A stretch of DNA of 64,000 nucleotides. Source: Desulfosudaceae bacterium. Lineage in GTDB: Bacteria; Desulfobacterota; Desulfobacteria; Desulfobacterales; Desulfosudaceae. Where the stretch lies: assembly GCA_963674745.2 (NCBI GenBank), contig CAXXDV010000001.1:1472001-1536000 (forward strand), read 5' to 3'. A program made the position numbers and the translations under genes. The notes beneath the pieces are model-generated. The model saw nothing but the letters and a program-made list of their open reading frames with translations, was not told the origin of the DNA and searched no databases. Of this stretch, positions 53,431-63,095 are shown one piece after another (the first letter of the stretch is position 1; each line of letters starts with the position of its first letter).

Positions 53431-53569
53431 ATTGCATATAACGGCGGCAGCCAAAGGGCGCCAGGGCTCCCACAGACTTGCCTTAAAGACGGTTAATGTT
53501 TATTTCCCCCCGAATGTTCAAAAGCCGAATGCCCTGGCGATCCTCTTGAGCTGCCTTGTTCGGCCATAA

Positions 53570-53953
53570 TTATTTATATTGGAGGAATAAAATAGCTCCT
53601 AACACAGTAATGATTAACGATATGGCAAGAGCGATACTAAGTCCCTTCATTGCCTGGAAAAAATTATTACGACCTGTTTCAGCTACTTCATTCTCAAAAA
53701 CATTACGCAAATGGGGAATTAAATATGCAATGCCATTTATAGCCATAAGCCCCAGAATTTTCCCAAAGATAAAACACGGGAGGATAATCGCGAGCGGCCA
53801 TAAATTATCTGTTTGAAGAAGACCTTTGATACTTGAGTTTTCAATTTTAGCAAGGCAGATCAACATAATATATATTGTCGCGAAGGCAATAAAATATGAA
53901 ATTGGCATTAGCGCCAATCGTAATTTTCTACCTTGTGATGTAAATGGTTGCAT
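53570..53953 (-). CDS. 3-TM cassette protein
   Basis: Start adjusted. Confidence 0.65.
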   Translation of the reverse strand: MQPFTSQGRKLRLALMPISYFIAFATIYIMLICLAKIENSSIKGLLQTDNLWPLAIILPCFIFGKILGLMAINGIAYLIPHLRNVFENEVAETGRNNFFQAMKGLSIALAISLIITVLGAILFLQYK

Positions 53954-54010
53954 ATTATGTGTCGGCCGAACGTCTGAAGCCAATGGCAGCCAGGGCTACC
54001 ACTGACTTGG

Positions 54011-54532
54011 TTAAAGATTTTGGTTGTTCCACTCCCCCGACTTTTCAAAACCCGAATGCCCTGGCTGTCCACTTGCGCTTCTTTGTTCTGCATCAATAAT
54101 ATAACTTTTGTGTTTAAGGAAGAAGTAAATACAAAAGAGAAGGCAAACACAAAACGTAATTAAAAAATCTTTCCATCCAGTAAATTCCCATGTGTATTTT
54201 GCAACTCCTGGTATTGTATAAATTGCTTCCCATACAATTATTGCCACATATAGAAAAAGACATACCAGTGAAGCCCAGTGTTTATTTCTAAAAAGTCCAA
54301 GTGCTCCAACAATTCCCACAAGCCCCCACAGTGAGAAAAAACCAGTAGAAAGGATCCATCGAATAGTCCAGTCTGTCTTATTGAATGCATCATCCATAAA
54401 TTCCGAGGGCATTGTACCCAAGCTATTTGCGAGGGAGTGTGAATTGATAAGGCAGGGTATGCCATAATACAACAAATATACTGAAAAGATCAGAATCAGA
54501 GTGGCAATGATGTTGTTAATCAATTTTTTCAT
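54011..54532 (-). CDS. 4-TM cassette protein (copy 1; stop inside attC)
   Basis: Identical at 55039. Confidence 0.7.
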   Translation of the reverse strand: MKKLINNIIATLILIFSVYLLYYGIPCLINSHSLANSLGTMPSEFMDDAFNKTDWTIRWILSTGFFSLWGLVGIVGALGLFRNKHWASLVCLFLYVAIIVWEAIYTIPGVAKYTWEFTGWKDFLITFCVCLLFCIYFFLKHKSYIIDAEQRSASGQPGHSGFEKSGEWNNQNL

Positions 54533-54666
54533 GCAGAACGTCCGCCACCACCGGCGAGCAGGGATTGCGGACTTCGCTAAAGTGAGTTTAACTCCAAATT
54601 ACGCCAGACCAAAAACAGCCCGCCCCTGCGAGTCAGCGTGAGTGGCGTTGTTGTGCAGGTTGTTAA

Positions 54667-54972
54667 TTAATAAAAGCTTAAACCACCGGTTTTAAATGCT
54701 GAAATGATAACTGTAGCCCAAAATATAAATGGACTTAAAATATGAAAAAAAACCAAAAGTATTGCATTTTTCCGTTTTGATGATGAATGGCAGTTTATGA
54801 ATGATTTATAAAATGAAGCAATATTTTTCAAATCACCAAGAAAGGATTTAATCATTCCTAAAGAGCTTATCTTATCTGTACTGTTTGTGTCTATAATTCT
54901 GACAAAATATATGAATGAACCACCAAAAAATATTGTGCAAAAAGCTATGATGATCAGTGATAATAGAGGCAT
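54667..54972 (-). CDS. 2-TM cassette protein
   Basis: Fills cassette. Confidence 0.6.
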   Translation of the reverse strand: MPLLSLIIIAFCTIFFGGSFIYFVRIIDTNSTDKISSLGMIKSFLGDLKNIASFYKSFINCHSSSKRKNAILLVFFHILSPFIFWATVIISAFKTGGLSFY

Positions 54973-55038
54973 TTATTCGAATATCCTGTCCTGCACAACG
55001 TCTGAAGCCAATGGCAGCCAGGGCTACCACTGACTTGG

Positions 55039-55560
55039 TTAAAGATTTTGGTTGTTCCACTCCCCCGACTTTTCAAAACCCGAATGCCCTGGCTGTCCAC
55101 TTGCGCTTCTTTGTTCTGCATCAATAATATAACTTTTGTGTTTAAGGAAGAAGTAAATACAAAAGAGAAGGCAAACACAAAACGTAATTAAAAAATCTTT
55201 CCATCCAGTAAATTCCCATGTGTATTTTGCAACTCCTGGTATTGTATAAATTGCTTCCCATACAATTATTGCCACATATAGAAAAAGACATACCAGTGAA
55301 GCCCAGTGTTTATTTCTAAAAAGTCCAAGTGCTCCAACAATTCCCACAAGCCCCCACAGTGAGAAAAAACCAGTAGAAAGGATCCATCGAATAGTCCAGT
55401 CTGTCTTATTGAATGCATCATCCATAAATTCCGAGGGCATTGTACCCAAGCTATTTGCGAGGGAGTGTGAATTGATAAGGCAGGGTATGCCATAATACAA
55501 CAAATATACTGAAAAGATCAGAATCAGAGTGGCAATGATGTTGTTAATCAATTTTTTCAT
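55039..55560 (-). CDS. 4-TM cassette protein (copy 2)
   Basis: Identical to 54011. Confidence 0.7.
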   Translation of the reverse strand: MKKLINNIIATLILIFSVYLLYYGIPCLINSHSLANSLGTMPSEFMDDAFNKTDWTIRWILSTGFFSLWGLVGIVGALGLFRNKHWASLVCLFLYVAIIVWEAIYTIPGVAKYTWEFTGWKDFLITFCVCLLFCIYFFLKHKSYIIDAEQRSASGQPGHSGFEKSGEWNNQNL

Positions 55561-55689
55561 GCAGAACGTCCGCCACCACCGGCGAGCAGGGAATGGTGAC
55601 TATTGCAAAGCCACGTTAACACCAGACCACGAAATTTAAAAAGCAGCCCGCCCCTGCGAGTCCGTGTGAGTGGCGTTGTTAGCTCTTTT

Positions 55690-56055
55690 TTAAAATAATT
55701 TTATACTGTATCGGTCTACCAACATTAGAGCACCCAAAAGCGAAATCCCGCCAAATGTTAAATTATAAAGAAACGCCCAGCTAAAATAAACAAGGGCATC
55801 TCTTCTGCTTCGTTTGGTTGTGATATTTAAAACTTCTGCAACTAAAGTAATTGCGAGAACGATTACGAAAAGCAATGCGCCACTCAACAAGATTATTCCG
55901 AGCCACAAAAGAGCGGCTGGGAAACCTGATTTTATCCATGCGATGATGAACGCAATGCCAGAGATCCATCCCACCGATGCAAAACTCCAGATTGCCCCCA
56001 AAATCATTCCTTGATGCAAGCTGATTCTTCGTTCAATTTTCTCTGGAGTATCCAT
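55690..56055 (-). CDS. 3-TM cassette protein
   Basis: Fills cassette. Confidence 0.65.
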   Translation of the reverse strand: MDTPEKIERRISLHQGMILGAIWSFASVGWISGIAFIIAWIKSGFPAALLWLGIILLSGALLFVIVLAITLVAEVLNITTKRSRRDALVYFSWAFLYNLTFGGISLLGALMLVDRYSIKLF

Positions 56056-56181
56056 ATTGTAGAGCTAACGTCCGCCACCACCGGCGAGCAGGGCTTGCGG
56101 ACTTCGCTAAAGTAAAGTTCAACTCCAAATAACGCCAAAGCCAAAACAGCCCGCCCCTGCGAGTCTGTGTGAGTGGCGTTG

Positions 56182-56658
56182 TTATATTTTGCCTGTATTA
56201 ATTTTATCTATAGCACGATCAAATTTGACCACCAATTCATTTAAAGTATCAACTGGACTCTTAGTAAAGGCTTTATCAGTAGGGTATAATGGCGCTACCC
56301 ATTCGCATTCTTTGCAATTTTCGGCTATTGCAATCATTATGGTCAAAGACCCTTTCCAAGATTCAATTATTTCATGCGGGTCACAGTTTGGAAAAACTTG
56401 CATCAATTTTTCCATCATTTTCTTTGTTGGGCTTTGAAGCAAATTTATCACTTCAAGAGAATATTTAATCACATCTTTCGAGGCAGACGTCCTTGGCATT
56501 CCGACACAAATCGAAAAGCGCCAAAACCATTCCGCACATTCTTCTGAAATATCCGTGAAATATTCAGAATAGCTCAACAGGTCAAGTGAAGATGCATATT
56601 CGGGAAGAACGTGCATTTCAAATATGATTAATCTTGGATATTCTTTATATTGCCACAT
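56182..56658 (-). CDS. MWQYKEYP protein (copy 3)
   Basis: Identical repeat. Confidence 0.75.
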   Translation of the reverse strand: MWQYKEYPRLIIFEMHVLPEYASSLDLLSYSEYFTDISEECAEWFWRFSICVGMPRTSASKDVIKYSLEVINLLQSPTKKMMEKLMQVFPNCDPHEIIESWKGSLTIMIAIAENCKECEWVAPLYPTDKAFTKSPVDTLNELVVKFDRAIDKINTGKI

Positions 56659-56803
56659 ATCTTATAAAATATAACGGCGGCAGCCAAAAGCAGCCAGGGC
56701 TTCCACTGCCTTCCTTGAAGTTTTTTACTGTTCAATAATCCCCGGTTGTTCAAAAACGCCTTAGCCCTGGATGTCTTCTTGGGCTGCCTTGTTATAAATC
56801 TAA

Positions 56804-57247
56804 TTATATAATGAAAGGCAGGCAAGCAATTAATAAAAATAATAATATATTGAATGCGAGCACAAAATAAGCATATACAAGTTGCATCCTACCTATATAT
56901 TTATGCTCAGGTGCAATATATTGATTACCACAATTAGGGCAAACTACTAAAGATGGGTTTAATATATTTCCAAAGAATGAAAAAGATTTTTCATTTCTGG
57001 ACAATTTTTCGAAAAAGTTATTGATTGCAAATCTTACATTCGAAAATGTGAAATGTCTATTGTTAGATTTGAACTTAAATGGACCTAAATTTTTAAACGG
57101 ATAGTATCCATATTTTAAGTTCCTTGACACTCTAAATTTTCGATCACATTTTGGACATTTAGTAAATGTCATAAAAGATAAAATACCTAAAATAAATGAT
57201 AAAGAAACGGCGAATATCAAAAAAATCAGAATCAAAAAAGGATCCAT
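56804..57247 (-). CDS. TM plus Zn-ribbon plus TM cassette protein
   Basis: CPKC...CPNC. Confidence 0.7.
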   Translation of the reverse strand: MDPFLILIFLIFAVSLSFILGILSFMTFTKCPKCDRKFRVSRNLKYGYYPFKNLGPFKFKSNNRHFTFSNVRFAINNFFEKLSRNEKSFSFFGNILNPSLVVCPNCGNQYIAPEHKYIGRMQLVYAYFVLAFNILLFLLIACLPFII

Positions 57248-57382
57248 TTCTCATCTCTATGATTTATAACGTCTGCAGCCAAAGTAGCCAGGGCTTCCAG
57301 TGACTGACTTTAAGGTGGTTGATGTTCAATTTCCCCCGAATGTTCAAAAGCCGAATGCCCTGGCTATCATTTGGGCTGCTTG

Positions 57383-58077
57383 GTTAAGTGCCCGCATTAT
57401 TGAGAAAGACTTTAACGACAGCATGGGCAAATAAATTAAAATGATATTTTTCTTTTTACGCCTTGTCCATCATGAACTTATGAAAACGGGTAGGTCTCTT
57501 TTCATCCGGACAAATAAAGGCGCAAAATCAAACAGTCCCGCCAGATCAAAATACAGCTTATCTTTACTGATTGAAAATATCAATCTGGTGACAATTTCCA
57601 TAGTGGCAACGAAGATCATTTTTCGTCAAAATTCTTTTTTTATTTTTTCCCGTACAGATTAAGTGCACTTAACGTCTGCAGCCAAAGTAGCCAGGGCTTC
57701 CAGTGACTGACTTTAAGGTGGTTGATGTTCAATTTCCCCCGAATGTTCAAAAGCCGAATGCCCTGGCTATCATTTGGGCTGCTTGGTTAAGTGCCCGCAT
57801 TATTCAGAAAGACTTAAACGACAGCATGGGCAAATAAAATAAAATGATATTTTTCTTTTTACGCCTTGTCCATCATGAACTTATGAAAACGGGTAGGTCT
57901 CTTTTCATCCGGACAAATAAAGGCGCATTATCATTTGGCCGCGCCAGTTCGAAATTACAATTTATCTTTACTGGACAAAAATATCAACTTGGTGACAATT
58001 ACCATTTTGGCAACGAATGTCGATTTCAGCCAAAACTCTTTTTTATTTGTTTCCCGTACAGATTCAGTGCACTTAAC
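57383..58077 (-). repeat. Gene-less cassette family A, copies 13-14 (57383-57673, 57786-58077)
   Basis: Subtype b plus subtype a in tandem. Confidence 0.85.
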
Positions 58078-58189
58078 GTCCGCCACCACCGGCGAGCAGG
58101 GCTTGCGGACTTCGCTAAAGTAAAGTTCAACTCCAAATAACGCCAAAGCCAAAACAGCCCGCCCCTGCGAGTCTGTGTGAGTGGCGTTG

Positions 58190-58666
58190 TTATATTTTGC
58201 CTGTATTAATTTTATCTATAGCACGATCAAATTTGACCACCAATTCATTTAAAGTATCAACTGGACTCTTAGTAAAGGCTTTATCAGTAGGGTATAATGG
58301 CGCTACCCATTCGCATTCTTTGCAATTTTCGGCTATTGCAATCATTATGGTCAAAGACCCTTTCCAAGATTCAATTATTTCATGCGGGTCACAGTTTGGA
58401 AAAACTTGCATCAATTTTTCCATCATTTTCTTTGTTGGGCTTTGAAGCAAATTTATCACTTCAAGAGAATATTTAATCACATCTTTCGAGGCAGACGTCC
58501 TTGGCATTCCGACACAAATCGAAAAGCGCCAAAACCATTCCGCACATTCTTCTGAAATATCCGTGAAATATTCAGAATAGCTCAACAGGTCAAGTGAAGA
58601 TGCATATTCGGGAAGAACGTGCATTTCAAATATGATTAATCTTGGATATTCTTTATATTGCCACAT
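58190..58666 (-). CDS. MWQYKEYP protein (copy 4)
   Basis: Identical repeat. Confidence 0.75.
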   Translation of the reverse strand: MWQYKEYPRLIIFEMHVLPEYASSLDLLSYSEYFTDISEECAEWFWRFSICVGMPRTSASKDVIKYSLEVINLLQSPTKKMMEKLMQVFPNCDPHEIIESWKGSLTIMIAIAENCKECEWVAPLYPTDKAFTKSPVDTLNELVVKFDRAIDKINTGKI

Positions 58667-58813
58667 ATCTTATAAAATATAACGTCCGCCACCACCGGCG
58701 AGCAGGGTTTGCGGACTTCGCTAAAGTAAGGTTAACACCAACCTATGCCTAAACCCAAGGCCGACCGCCCCTGCGAGTCCGAGTGGGTGGCGTTGTTATG
58801 TCTTTATATTTTT

Positions 58814-59191
58814 TTATAAGTTCCAAACTTGACCTGTGAGAATTATTAGACCCATTGTGATGTACATTGATATCGGTGGCAATAAAATGAGCCCGATAAC
58901 GCCTTTTAAAATCCGTTTCTTTTCGCTCCAATATGTACAAAAAAATATGGACGGAAGTACTAAATGCCCCATGTGTAAAACGGCTGAACCTACTTGGGTT
59001 ATTTCATTTGATTTCTCCCAGCCCGCTGCTCCGACATAACAGAATATGGATATGGCAATGAAGCTTATAACAATTAAAACCGTTTGCCTTTTGAGTTTGT
59101 CTTTCAATGTATTCCATATCAAAAACTGTACGATTGATATTCCGTAAATCAATAGAAAGTCTATGGCAATTTTAGTTGTAGGATAGATCAT
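58814..59191 (-). CDS. 4-TM cassette protein
   Basis: Fills cassette. Confidence 0.7.
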   Translation of the reverse strand: MIYPTTKIAIDFLLIYGISIVQFLIWNTLKDKLKRQTVLIVISFIAISIFCYVGAAGWEKSNEITQVGSAVLHMGHLVLPSIFFCTYWSEKKRILKGVIGLILLPPISMYITMGLIILTGQVWNL

Positions 59192-59322
59192 TTATTTTGA
59201 GACATAACGTCTTCAGCCAAAGGGCGCCAGGGCTTCCTCCGACTGACTTAAAGAAGGTTTAAGTTCAATTCAGCACGGCTGTTCAAAACCCGAATGCCCT
59301 GGTGGTCCTTTGCGCTGAATGG

Positions 59323-59745
59323 TTAGTTTCCAACTTTTATTTCTTTTATAATTCTCTTTTTGGTTTCAATTAAATGTTTCTTCAAATTAATTGCCCACTC
59401 TTCTTTCTCGGGCTCTAATCTTTTGATGCTTTCATTCAAATGTTGGATTGCATCGCTAAACTCGAAATATCGAAAATCCTTTTTCTCCCTTTCACTGACC
59501 GGGAATAAAGACTTGATTTGCGATAGTGGCATATCGCGATAAACAACAACCTTAATATCATCTTTAGAATTTGGATCGCTACTGCCGTGGTTATTCCATT
59601 GCCACCATTCCATCCCAATTTTTTCGTAAACCATAGATTGTGGGCCAAAATCTTCATAATCGAAAACCCCGTATGGCTTCGTTGAATTCAGGCAGCTCGA
59701 AACACAAAAAAAGCAGAGTATCAAGAGTAGCGTATGAAATTTCAT
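59323..59745 (-). CDS. Lipoprotein, first cassette
   Basis: VSSC lipobox; YEDFGPQ..IG.EWWQW..HG..IKVVVYR. Confidence 0.75.
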   Translation of the reverse strand: MKFHTLLLILCFFCVSSCLNSTKPYGVFDYEDFGPQSMVYEKIGMEWWQWNNHGSSDPNSKDDIKVVVYRDMPLSQIKSLFPVSEREKKDFRYFEFSDAIQHLNESIKRLEPEKEEWAINLKKHLIETKKRIIKEIKVGN

Positions 59746-59750
59746 AATGA

Positions 59751-59770
59751 AACTAACAATGTTATTAGAT
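59751..59770 (-). other. Putative attI site
   Basis: Minus strand ATCTAATAACATT-GTTAGTT with no attC hairpin upstream; resembles attI1 CCCTAAAACAAA-GTTAGGC. Confidence 0.7.
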
Positions 59771-60141
59771 AGAATTTCTCGATTACATCCCCCTTGAATA
59801 TAATTAGCTATAATTTTTATTAATTACAAGCGAATTGTGATTAGCGCTATTTTTGTATATAAATAATTAGAAATCAATAGTTTATGTAAAATATTGGTAA
59901 GCCTAAATGGTTTTGCGATTCTTGTTTTCGTGCCATATGGGCTTCTTAGTCGGAATTTCTCGATAAAATTGGTTTTACTTATCAATTTGTTTTCAGGATC
60001 AGGGTGGAACCATGGCTGAATTCGTCAACCATTTGTTTTTAATGTTAATAAATATTAGAAGTCAGGTTCGATATTATGGGGGCCGGATAGTGCCTTTTTT
60101 TCGTTAATCGGGCAGGGATACATTGAAAAGAGGGTGAATCG

Positions 60142-60798
60142 TCAAGGCGAGGCTTCGTGTTGAATCAAAAAGGCATAAGCCAAGAAGCGGCCGTCATGGC
60201 TCAGGCTGATGCTGATGCCGGATTCCTCGCCGTTGATATACACCACGGGAAACAGGCTGTGTTTTTCATGACCGGTGTTGGTGATGGTCACATCATTTTC
60301 TGATAATGACAGGGCTGAAGCGATCTTTCTTCGTGCCGATGCCCGCACCATGCGTGATTGGAATTTTGAGCTTCTGCAGAAATCCGGCTGTGGAAGATCA
60401 TTTATGGTCTCAATGCCGTAGCGGACGGTTTTGGCGGCCGGAGACGTTTGGGCACCAAAGCAGTGAATAAACGCCTGGTTTTGCAAGGCCCTGACATGGA
60501 CCAGGCCAAAAGGTGTTGTAACCCGTCCCCGGATATCTTTTCCGCTTTCCGGGGTATCGAGGCACACGTCGTATCGCCGGGGCGCCGAAGATACGGCCGG
60601 GCAGATTTTGGCGGTAATTTTGTAGGCGGTTTCCTTGGCCGCCCAGAACAACTGCAGCAGGCTGTCCTGTTTATGGGATTTCATGAGGACCTGATGCTCG
60701 CGGGGTGTTAAGACCCGCTGCACAAATTTCCGGTCGTCGCTTTTTCCTTTTACATAAGGAGAGGACATATCAACGATGTCATTGCCCACGTGCATCAA
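60142..60798 (-). CDS. 4'-phosphopantetheinyl transferase
   Basis: VGNDIVD, WAAKETAYK, ISLSHDG motifs. Confidence 0.88.
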   Translation of the reverse strand: MMHVGNDIVDMSSPYVKGKSDDRKFVQRVLTPREHQVLMKSHKQDSLLQLFWAAKETAYKITAKICPAVSSAPRRYDVCLDTPESGKDIRGRVTTPFGLVHVRALQNQAFIHCFGAQTSPAAKTVRYGIETINDLPQPDFCRSSKFQSRMVRASARRKIASALSLSENDVTITNTGHEKHSLFPVVYINGEESGISISLSHDGRFLAYAFLIQHEASP

Positions 60799-61519
60799 AA
60801 TACGTTTTTTCCATTTCAGCCAGTTTTTCGATGATTTGGCGGGAGTGCGCCCGATGCGCTTTCAGTCCTGACAGGTTGCGGTTTATCGCACACGTCTCTA
60901 CCGCAAATGAAAAAACGTCGTTGGGCACGGGGATATTGCTGTAGGATGCCTGGTGTTCCCCCCGCAGGTAGAGACACATGACCCGGCAGTCCGGGCGGCT
61001 GTCGACCAGCCGGCCCGGACCGTAGGAAAACGTTTCGGTGTTGATCCGGCCTGTCCGGGAACGGGTACCTTCCGGAAAAATCATAATGCTTTCGCCCTGT
61101 TCAAGAAGGTACCCGCATTTGGCAAAACAGGCCTTGATGGATTCCCGCTTGCCCCGGCGCACCACGGGGATGCATTTTAACACAAAGCACAGCAGGGTCA
61201 TGGCCGGGTTGCGCTGAAAATTCCGTTTTTCCGGAAGGTTCCAGGCCAGCAGGTGGTAATCGATCATATACCGCCAGACCGGGAACATGACATAGCTCAG
61301 GATAGCCGAATCGATCAAGGTCAGGTGATTGGCGCAGATGACCCAGGGGCCCTGGTGCGCATTAAAAAGGGCGGCGATCTTCTGTCTGTGTTTTTTCAGT
61401 TGGCTGACCCGGTAACCGGCCATCTTTATCAACAGAACCAGAATCGGCGCGGTCATAAAAATGGCGATTCGTCCTGAAAGATACTGAAGGTGCAGCAGAA
61501 AGAAGTCATGCCGTCTCAT
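60779..61519 (-). CDS. Lysophospholipid acyltransferase (PlsC-like)
   Basis: NHLTLID (HX4D), IFPEGTRSRTG. Confidence 0.88.
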   Translation of the reverse strand: MRRHDFFLLHLQYLSGRIAIFMTAPILVLLIKMAGYRVSQLKKHRQKIAALFNAHQGPWVICANHLTLIDSAILSYVMFPVWRYMIDYHLLAWNLPEKRNFQRNPAMTLLCFVLKCIPVVRRGKRESIKACFAKCGYLLEQGESIMIFPEGTRSRTGRINTETFSYGPGRLVDSRPDCRVMCLYLRGEHQASYSNIPVPNDVFSFAVETCAINRNLSGLKAHRAHSRQIIEKLAEMEKTYFDARGQ

Positions 61520-61782
61520 GCCTGCGCTCCTGCCGGGGCGGTTTTCCGGAGAATAACCCGGACGGCGTCCCCGATGGTTTTGATGGCATCGGCGTCATCA
61601 TCATCGATTTCGATGTCAAAGCAGTCTTCCGCATTGATAATGATATCCACCAGGCGGGCCGAATTGACCTTGAGGTCCTTGATAATGTCTGTTTCCATAG
61701 ACGCTTGCGCCAGCGCGTTTTCGTCTGTAACAAATTCTTCGATAATACCGATCAGTTCATCGTAAATGGCTTGTTCGTTCAT
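61516..61782 (-). CDS. Acyl carrier protein
   Basis: DLKVNSARLVD...ED.FDIEIDD...TIGDAV; ATGA overlap with KS stop. Confidence 0.88.
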   Translation of the reverse strand: MNEQAIYDELIGIIEEFVTDENALAQASMETDIIKDLKVNSARLVDIIINAEDCFDIEIDDDDADAIKTIGDAVRVILRKTAPAGAQA

Positions 61783-63095
61783 TTTTGGTCTCCTTTGTGG
61801 TTGGTTTGGTAGTGTGATGCCTGTCCTTCCCATTTTTTTAGGATCAGGCAGCCGTTGACGTCTCCGAATCCGAAACTGGCCTTGGCCAGTACCTTTAAAT
61901 CCGGGCAGTCTTTGCGGGTTTGCACGATTTTATCCGAAAAAGGCATGATCTCCGGGTGAAGATCTTCGCAATTGATTGACGGGTGCAGAAACCCGTTGCG
62001 AAGCTGGATGACGGCCGCAACGGTTTCAATCGCGCCGGCGGCGCCCAGGCAGTGGCCGATCAGCGATTTGGTCGAGTTGATATACGGAAAGTCAGCAGGC
62101 CCCCGTTCCAGGGCGTTTGACCAGTTTTGAATTTCGTGGGGATCGGCAAAAGTGGCGGAAAGGTGCCCGTTGATGGCATCGATTTCATCGGGTGAGATGC
62201 CGGCATCAGAAATCGCCTGCCGGATGCAGCGCAGCACGCCGTCGGCATTGGGCGCCGTCATGGAACCGCCGCCCCTCTGCCCGCCGGAGTTGACATGACC
62301 GCCCAGAATCTCGGCGTAAATATCCGCGCCCCGCGCGCGAGCGGTTTCCAGTTCTTCTAAGACCAGGACACCGGCGCCCGAGCCCGGGACGAAACCGCAG
62401 GCGGAAGCGCTCATGGGCCGGGACCCGCGTTCCGGTGCGTCATTGTACTTTCTGGACAGTATCCGCATGGAATCAAATCCGCCCCATGTGTACGGTGACG
62501 GGGCTTCGGCGCCGCCCGCGACCATGCGCCTGGCCCGGCCGTCACGAATTCTGTACATGGCGTCGATAATGGCTTCAGAGCCGGTGTTGCAGGCGGATGA
62601 ATTCGAGGTTACCTGGTTTCCCAGCCCGAGTAATCCGCCGACCCTGGCGCTGATGCCGCTGCTCATCACCTGTTCGACCACCCGGCTGCCGATCCGGCGG
62701 ACCCGGCCCTCGTTGACCAGCGGAATGATCCGTTCGGCAATGGTGTCCATATCGCCGATGCCGCACCCCATGACCGCGCCCGTGTCCCAGTCGGTTTCGG
62801 TGTCGTTTTTGTCAACGGAAAATCCGGCGTTGGTCCAGGCCTCCAGCGCCGCCACCGAGGCGTACCCGATATTGTCGCTGGTGTCTTTTAGCTGTTTCTT
62901 CGGAATATGCTTTTCAAAAATCGTGTCAACGTCCCTGGGAATGCCCGCGATCCGGCAGCCGAAATTAAGATCGGCCAGCCGCGGCACAAACCGGATTCCC
63001 GAACGGCCGTTTGCCAGGGCATCTTCAAATTCGGTTGTATTATTGGCGTTGGGGCAGACAACGCCCATGCCGGTGATGACGACTCTGTGTTTCAT
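61779..63095 (-). CDS. Beta-ketoacyl-ACP synthase (FabF-like)
   Basis: SSAC(Cys), INGH, KSLIGHCLGAAG, SFGFG motifs. Confidence 0.92.
   Translation of the reverse strand: MKHRVVITGMGVVCPNANNTTEFEDALANGRSGIRFVPRLADLNFGCRIAGIPRDVDTIFEKHIPKKQLKDTSDNIGYASVAALEAWTNAGFSVDKNDTETDWDTGAVMGCGIGDMDTIAERIIPLVNEGRVRRIGSRVVEQVMSSGISARVGGLLGLGNQVTSNSSACNTGSEAIIDAMYRIRDGRARRMVAGGAEAPSPYTWGGFDSMRILSRKYNDAPERGSRPMSASACGFVPGSGAGVLVLEELETARARGADIYAEILGGHVNSGGQRGGGSMTAPNADGVLRCIRQAISDAGISPDEIDAINGHLSATFADPHEIQNWSNALERGPADFPYINSTKSLIGHCLGAAGAIETVAAVIQLRNGFLHPSINCEDLHPEIMPFSDKIVQTRKDCPDLKVLAKASFGFGDVNGCLILKKWEGQASHYQTNHKGDQK

Larger units (their letters stand above)
8167..59770 (-). mobile_element. Large integron gene-cassette array (~89 attC sites) with attI-like site but no intI in the window
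   Basis: Recurrent ~115-122 bp imperfect inverted repeats bounded by AAC...GTT, mostly one co-oriented ORF between them; each cassette's R'' is complementary to its own first bases (e.g. GTTAGTTTC/GAAACTAAC, GTTCGGTGC/GCACCGAAC). Confidence 0.95.

Noticed and set aside
8169..59325. CRISPR array interpretation of the recurring repeats
   Set aside because: Repeats are ~120-bp attC hairpins separated by gene-sized units, and no cas genes are present
60055..60075. GTCAGGTTCGA as a tRNA-Gln attR of a genomic island
   Set aside because: Short gapped match without the tRNA 3' end, and no integrase nearby
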